From Phoronis australis (taxonomy: Eukaryota; Animalia; Phoronida): DNA of 64,000 nt. The stretch covers positions 187,161 through 251,160 of the forward strand of contig NMRA01000562.1 in NCBI GenBank assembly GCA_002633005.1, read 5' to 3'. The position numbers and the translations under genes are program-made. Position 1 is the stretch's first letter. Each line of letters opens with the position of its first letter. Below the pieces are notes generated by a model, which was not told the DNA's origin, searched no databases, and worked only from the letters and a program-made list of their open reading frames with translations. Below are positions 61,576 to 64,000 of the stretch, one piece after another.

Positions 61576-63513
61576 AGGAGAAGGCCACCCGATTTAATAA
61601 GTCTTTTTTGCCGTCTTAATCGGTCTATATCCACATCGCCTCTCATACGGTCGACCTTACCTTGCCGAGAGGTGTCGCGTTAACCTGTGAGGAAGTTGAG
61701 AAACGACGCTAGCGACGTCAGTGGTTCATCTGCAGAGTGAATGCCGCTACGCAACTGCGAGGAAAGCGGGTATATTGTTTTTTTCGACTTCCTCGAGAGA
61801 CCGAAATGCGCAGGAAGTGGCTCGCGGTAGTGAAAAATGAAAAGTACGCTGTAAATACAGTGGCGGATCTAGAATACCATAAGGGGGGGGGCAAAGCGCG
61901 ATTGTATGCACAGGCAGCAAGAAAAGCGAAAAGTTACGGGGGCTGGCGATGTGGATTCTGGTGTACCCAAATTCTATCGGAGGCCTAAGAAAAAACGGGA
62001 ACACGGTTCCGCGGGGCTCTGGGGCCCCCCGCTGCCATTCCAAATTGGTGCACTCGATATTTCTTCACGTTGCCGCTGTTTAATTTTCCTTGCACCAGCC
62101 AAGGGGGGGCCGGCCCCCTGGGCCCCTCCCCTAAATCCGTCTATGAAATAGAAAGTATGAGGCTGTGAAACATCTCCGTGTCTGTGGCCTGCAGTCGTCG
62201 ACAGTGTCTGACGAATGCCGGCTTACCAAATAACTCATACGTTCCGTTGTCTGAGCTTTTTCACGGCTCCTCTCTATCATTTCTTCATCATTGTATTCCT
62301 GTTCGAATTGATAGCCTGTGAAACTTAACGATCCACTTACGAAGTCTTCGTAGGGGTCGACTGATGAGCTCTCGTCTAAGTTGGGATTGCGAGTTGCCAT
62401 TTTGATGTTTATTACTGAGCTTTCTGTTTCAAAATGAATTATTCTCACCCTAACCAATGCTTATATAAAAGTGAAACAAAGTCTGCCTCATTAGATGCAA
62501 TTTGTAATGCCTTTGGAGTGTTCGTGAGTGCAAATGATTTGAGAAGCCAGCAATGAATAAATCACTGCGTTACCGGCTTTATTTGCAATAAAATTAGTTG
62601 ACGGGACACCGAGGCCGTGTGAGCTCATGCTAATTTAGTGTTTGCTGGCAGAAACTGTTGTGAAACAACTCAGTCGATTTCCACCCCACGGCCTGGTGTT
62701 AGGGGAGTCTTTATTTACATTTACATTATTAAAATAATGATTGTCAATGTACAACTTCTGCCCTAACTGTGCTGTGGCCAAAGCGAAACCTAAATTCGCG
62801 GCTCCCGACAAGTAGATTTGCAGTAATTTCGTGGGCAATTCACCAACATAATCACGTGCGCATTACTTTGGCTCACTAGTATAGTATTTTTTGACTGGAA
62901 GTTTAGTTTCCAACTTTGGCTGGTATATTCGTGATGTCTGATCACTTTCCGAGCCACTGGGCGGGATAACGAGTCAATCCGGCCGGCCGCGACGGGCCTG
63001 ATCGAGCTCCGAGCCACTGGCCAGGATAACAAGCGTTTTGTGTGTTTAGAACTCAAAAAATTACAAGTCTAAACAACACAGACCTGGGTTCTTCTGTCTG
63101 TATCTCACGGAAAATATTTCGAATTTGTCTCCGAACAGACTCCACACTCCTGCTACGGACCTTATTGGCCTGCCGAACTTTGGAGGCTACGGTGTGTCCA
63201 AATACCAATAAATCCGTAACAGCGAAAGAAAACAACACGTTTTTTAAGAACTCGGTGCATTTTTAAGGGTTTTACATCGAAGTATGATGATTTATTGGTG
63301 TTAAACGATGAATTCAAGCGATAAGCTGATACCAGTAACCCGTGTTATGAACTGCTGAATAGACTGCGTGTGAAACCAATTACGTCATTGGATAATTTCA
63401 ACACCTCCGTCTGCCGTCAGGTGTCAGGTAACGCAACCGTACGTGCCGTTATGGAGTAGAACTACTCGATCTAAATGGATACAAATTAGGTTGTTTTTGG
63501 GTGGCATGCTCCT
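61576..63513 (+). mobile_element. Non-autonomous Kolobok (family 1), copy C
   Basis: TTAA|AGGAGAAGGCCACCC ... GGGTGGCATGCTCCT|TTAA. THAP remnant FFRLPRETEMRRKW..HLRVC on + and KolX start MATRNPNLDESSS..GYQFEQEY on - (from 62400). Confidence 0.9.
61858..62145. mobile_element. MITE family B nested in the Kolobok THAP remnant
   Basis: CAGTGGCGGATCTAG ... CTAAATCCGTCTATG with TSD AAATA. Absent from copies A and B. Confidence 0.9.
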
Positions 63514-64000
63514 TTAAGTCCCGTCCTCACACAGTCTATCCAGGAACAACTTGCACTAGTGCAACTTACCCCCACTTTTAAGTGGAGCGTCCACACACAC
63601 ACCTTTCCGATAACGGTAAGGCGGAAGTTGTCGTTCTATGCGTGACAATGAACAAATCATGCCAATACGGCGCGCAAAAGAAACCCCGTCTGTATGTAAC
63701 TGCACCTGATAATGGGGCTATTCGGAAAATCTGCAATAACTAGAGGGCGTGCGTGTACTAGTGGTGATAGATTAACAGCCTCGATTTCGCGAGCCCTTTA
63801 AATACATGGTGAAATGGCTTGCAGCCGTGCCAACTGAATCTGAGATTGCGTAAAAAGGGTGCTTCTATGAGAGGAAGTAAGCACGACCTCATACAAAGGT
63901 AAGGTTTGTGATTATTTTAACGATTATTCCATGATTATTCTACCGATGCCTGTTAACTGAGGCACTCGCCGATGTCGACTTCGCGGCAGTCAGTCGCCAG

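Overview
This is AT-rich eukaryotic DNA, most likely from a marine invertebrate (an inference from the repeat repertoire and the neuropeptide type), with two long N gaps and several single-N joins. It is dominated by transposable-element remnants. These include TTAA-flanked Kolobok derivatives carrying THAP and KolX fragments, many short CA..TG MITEs with 5-bp TSDs (hAT5-like), a Tc1/mariner fossil, foldback-type elements, RTEX-like, CR1-like and RNase H LINE fragments, Penelope GIY-YIG fragments with hammerhead-ribozyme motifs, and a probable solo LTR. The only convincing host gene is a 148-aa secreted neuropeptide precursor on the minus strand (17160-16714). It has a signal peptide and a 4-Cys peptide ending HFT-G-KR (HFAamide-like), preceded by a TATA-like box, a CRE-like site and a good Kozak context. 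Two near-tandem duplications (24284-29094 vs 29458-32055, and 47159-47702 vs 47704-48485) lie next to single-N joins and are probably uncollapsed haplotypes; they expose presence/absence TE insertions. Family names come from recognised motifs and recall, not from database searches.
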